Below, one piece after another: positions 61,231 through 64,000 of a DNA stretch of 64,000 nucleotides; within the stretch, counting starts at the first letter, position 1; every line of letters starts with the position of its first letter. This stretch comes from SAR324 cluster bacterium REDSEA-S27_B3 (GTDB taxonomy: Bacteria; SAR324; NAC60-12): positions 6,284 to 70,283 of the forward strand of contig LUQO01000041.1 of the NCBI GenBank assembly GCA_001627865.1. The letters are read 5' to 3'. The position numbers and the translations under genes are program-made. Below the pieces are notes generated by a model, which had not been told where the DNA came from, did no database searches, and saw only the letters and a list, made by a program, of their open reading frames with translations.

Positions 61231-61782
61231 CATTCTAAACATTCCGGATGATAATGCGGAAAAAGTTCTAAACGAACAAAATGGCTTCAATCAAGAGCCT
61301 AATTTCGGTAAACATTACCGTATTAAATAGACTGAAGCCAACCCTGTATCAGCATTATAAGGCAAATCCACGGCTTATTAATATCATCAGCAAAATATAT
61401 ACCACTTATTATATGTAGTTGATAATATGTATTATTATTAAATATTTATAAAGATTATTTACCAGTAAATAAATAAATACAATGGTGATTATTATACGAT
61501 TTTGTTAATAATGAATTCTTTGTATTTCTATAAATAATGAAAGTTATCTACATATTCCTGGTGTTATTATTAACTATTCATTTGAAGCATTGAAGATCTG
61601 GATTATGATTATGATTTTATACGGCAAAAGTAAAAATTAATGGTTATATCTTTATGTTTATTCCAAATCATACACGGTTTATTTTTGCCATTTCAAATAT
61701 ATGATATTGGGAAAGATATAAGCATAACCATGCCTAATGATGTTGTGGCATAAATTTAAAAAAAATTGACTGTCTTAAACAA

Positions 61783-61811
61783 TGATATAATATATATTAA
61801 TTCAAATAGCT
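61783..61811 (+). repeat. 29-nt direct repeat, copy 1 (tgatataatatatattaattcaaatagct), preceded by TTGACT at 61766-61771
   Basis: 27 of 29 positions are identical to 61941-61969. Confidence 0.6.
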
Positions 61812-61927
61812 TAAAACTTTAACCCTGAAATAGTTTGCTTTAACCATTATATATATTTTATAAATATTCCAATCTCAATTCTCTAAATGTCATATTTCTT
61901 TTCATTTACTATACCTCAAAATACCTA

Positions 61928-61956
61928 TTGACAATTATTTTGATACTATATATATT
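61928..61956 (+). promoter_or_regulatory. Near-consensus sigma70-type promoter overlapping repeat copy 2
   Basis: TTGACA (61928-61933), a 17-nt spacer, then TATATT (61951-61956). It lies about 270 nt upstream of the metallophosphoesterase ATG. Confidence 0.4.
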
Positions 61957-61969
61957 AATTCAAATAGCT
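61941..61969 (+). repeat. 29-nt direct repeat, copy 2 (tgatactatatatattaattcaaatagct)
   Basis: 27 of 29 positions are identical to 61783-61811. The copies are spaced 158 nt apart. Confidence 0.6.
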
Positions 61970-62122
61970 GAATACCTTGTTTTTAATAAAACTGACTCTT
62001 TATGCTATTAAGTAAAATCTGTAATTTTCCTTTCGACTATTTTCAATATTACCTGTTTCTTTTAATATACTATCTTCAAATATAATACAATCTTTTTATG
62101 CACTTTCTGGAAGTTAGATTAC

Positions 62123-62141
62123 TTATCAATATACAGCTGTT
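62123..62141 (+). repeat. Right copy of an imperfect direct repeat flanking the AT-rich region
   Basis: It shares identical 8-nt and 9-nt blocks with 61213-61230. Confidence 0.5.
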
Positions 62142-62228
62142 TTGTAAAAGAAAGGAGCATGCAAGACGGTTTTGTTTTTTTCAAAGTTTCAATCTGAAAT
62201 CATTTAATAGAATCTCGATAATTCCTCT

Positions 62229-63020
62229 ATGAAAATAATACAGATCACAGACACACATTTGATGTCGCGAGGGACTGAGCTGCACGGACTCAATCCCTGT
62301 ATACGTCTAGAAGCGTGTGTTGCCAATATCAATGAGAATCACTCTGACGCGGAAATGTGTATCATCACTGGTGACCTGACTGAACGTGGTGATATTGGCG
62401 CATACCAAGATTTTTACGAGATTATAGGGCGTCTGTCTATACCTTGTCACCCTCTGATTGGGAATCATGATCATCGAGAAAAATTTTGTAAAATATTTCC
62501 TAATGTACCACGAGATGAGCATGGATTTGTTCAACAGAAGCTGCAAACTCCGGTTGGCCGTTTTCTGCTGCTTGATACAGTGGAAGATGGAGCAAACTGG
62601 GGTTCATTTTGTGAAAAGCGTGGTGATTGGCTCCGGAATGAATTGGATAAATCCGGGAATGAACCTGTTTACCTGTTCATGCACCATCCTCCTTTTGAGA
62701 TCGGCATTCCTGTCCTGGATGACATTAACCTACGTGATGACTCACTGCGAATACACCAAATCCTGAGTAATTATACAAACATAAAGCACATCTTCTTTGG
62801 GCATGTCCATCGTCCTGTATGCGGAAGCTGGTATGGCATTCCTTTCAGCACAATGTACGGCACGAATCATCAGGTGCAGCTTGATTTAAATGCGAAAGAC
62901 TATTTCCCTCACACTCATGAACCTCCGACGTATTGCGTGATTTTTATTGAATCTGAACAGACGACCGTTCATATTCATAACTATCTTGATGATTCGCTTT
63001 ACAAGAGAATTTCATTCTGA
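62229..63020 (+). CDS. Metallophosphoesterase (CpdA/GpdQ-like phosphodiesterase)
   Basis: ITDTHL, ITGDLTERGD, GNHD, and HHPP...GHVH motifs. 263 aa. Confidence 0.75.
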   Translation: MKIIQITDTHLMSRGTELHGLNPCIRLEACVANINENHSDAEMCIITGDLTERGDIGAYQDFYEIIGRLSIPCHPLIGNHDHREKFCKIFPNVPRDEHGFVQQKLQTPVGRFLLLDTVEDGANWGSFCEKRGDWLRNELDKSGNEPVYLFMHHPPFEIGIPVLDDINLRDDSLRIHQILSNYTNIKHIFFGHVHRPVCGSWYGIPFSTMYGTNHQVQLDLNAKDYFPHTHEPPTYCVIFIESEQTTVHIHNYLDDSLYKRISF

Positions 63021-63091
63021 AATGTCATTGCTGAGTCAAAGTAATATCTGACTGTTATAAAAATAAAAGATTCAGAGTTTCATAAGCTACT

Positions 63092-63967
63092 ATGAAATTA
63101 CAGAATTTCAAAAGGCACTTTGTATCAACTCCCCTTGGTAAAATTTTTTGCCGTTCACATGGCAGTGGTCCGGCGCTGCTTTTACTTCATGGATATCCCC
63201 AAACACATTTAATGTGGCATAAAACTGCCCCTTCTTTATCAGAACACTTTACCGTTATTTCAGCAGACCTGAGGGGTTATGGTGACAGCATGGCACCGGC
63301 AAGTGATGACAAGCACCAAACGTATTCCAAGCGTTCAATGGCAGAGGATATGATTCATGTAATGGATTATTTCAGCTTTGATGAGTTTTTTGTAGCCGGA
63401 CACGATCGAGGCGGACGAGTCGCTCACAGAATGGCAAAAGATTACCGGGACAGGGTAAAGGCCATCAGTGTTCTTGATATATGTCCCACGCTTGATATGT
63501 ACGAAGCAACCGATATGAAATTCGCTCAAAGTTATTTTCACTGGTTTTTCCTTATTCAACCAAAAGGTTTGCCGGAGCAAATGATTGAAAATGACCCCAA
63601 AAAATGGATGGATTACTGTTTGAATAAGTGGTCAGGCGGCCACCAGTTTGGTGAGATCGAAAAGGCATACTTGACTGCTTTTCAAAATCCTCAACGCATC
63701 CACGCAAGCTGTGAGGATTACAGAGCTGCTGCATCAATTGATCTGGAACATGACCGTTCAGACAGGAATGAGATGCTGGATATCCCAATCCAGGTGTTGT
63801 GGGGATCAAAAGGTGTAGTCGGCAGACAATTTAAGCCCTTGGAAATATGGCAAAAATACACTACATGTAAAGTTGAAGGACTGGCACTTGAATCAGGACA
63901 TTTCATTCCTGAAGAAATACCGCTGGAAACAATAAAAGAATTAACTGATTTCTTTTCATCAATTTAA
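63092..63967 (+). CDS. Alpha/beta hydrolase, haloacetate dehalogenase/epoxide hydrolase-like
   Basis: LLLHGYPQTHLMW, DLRGYGDS, GHDRGG (Asp nucleophile context), and SGHFIPEE. 291 aa. Confidence 0.78.
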   Translation: MKLQNFKRHFVSTPLGKIFCRSHGSGPALLLLHGYPQTHLMWHKTAPSLSEHFTVISADLRGYGDSMAPASDDKHQTYSKRSMAEDMIHVMDYFSFDEFFVAGHDRGGRVAHRMAKDYRDRVKAISVLDICPTLDMYEATDMKFAQSYFHWFFLIQPKGLPEQMIENDPKKWMDYCLNKWSGGHQFGEIEKAYLTAFQNPQRIHASCEDYRAAASIDLEHDRSDRNEMLDIPIQVLWGSKGVVGRQFKPLEIWQKYTTCKVEGLALESGHFIPEEIPLETIKELTDFFSSI

Positions 63968-64000
63968 TATTACTGTAAGTTTTCATATGAGTTTTCACTG

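Larger units (their letters stand above)
61181..62228. other. About 1-kb ORF-free, extremely AT-rich intergenic region
   Basis: The six-frame track shows no ORF of 60 aa or more. Hand counts: 61441-61500 10/60 GC; 61801-61860 13/60 GC. Confidence 0.8.

Noticed and set aside
61783-61969. Possible CRISPR or tandem-repeat array in the AT-rich region.
   Set aside because: There are only two repeat copies, the spacing is 158 nt, the repeat has no palindromic structure, and no cas genes are present.

Overview
This 64-kb window is a bacterial chromosomal segment of about 40% GC (hand-counted 60-nt samples), mostly tightly packed housekeeping operons. From 31.4 kb down to 2.9 kb, about 27 genes run on the minus strand. 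They comprise a CIRCE-controlled hrcA-grpE-dnaK-dnaJ operon, an aminotransferase gene, and a Bacillus-like purE-K-C-S-Q-L-F-M-N-D operon that ends in a clean intrinsic terminator. After that comes a complete Calvin-cycle operon: glpX, prk, tkt, fba, form I RuBisCO cbbL/cbbS, the cbbQ/cbbO activase pair and rpe. It has no carboxysome genes and no adjacent LysR-type cbbR. This suggests an uncultivated chemolithoautotroph, but the taxon cannot be determined from here. The right half holds a tRNA-Leu(UAG) with a degraded gene beside it, an AICARFT-only purH-like gene, glnS, folP, sthA, fmt and other metabolic genes. The most unusual items are listed here. (1) A compositional island spans about 43.5-49.6 kb and contains a 3.4-kb block of about 60-68% GC; the edges of that block fall inside two coding sequences. 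The island encodes a class III aminotransferase, a trimethylamine/histamine-dehydrogenase-family flavoprotein, an agmatinase-family hydrolase and two SDRs. (2) A LuxR-type response regulator at the tail of the cbb operon has Gly in place of the phospho-acceptor Asp. (3) purM lacks about 35 conserved C-terminal codons. (4) Two ORFs next to the tRNA are joined exactly by an A_AAA_AAG -1 slippery heptamer. (5) A 1-kb ORF-free region of about 20% GC carries a duplicated promoter-like 29-mer and flanking direct repeats. (6) A REP-like palindrome family (GTCATTCCCGC...GCGGGAATGAC) occurs in several intergenic gaps. I saw no CRISPR array, transposase, integrase or recognisable defence system. All calls rest on reading the translations and DNA; no database search was run.
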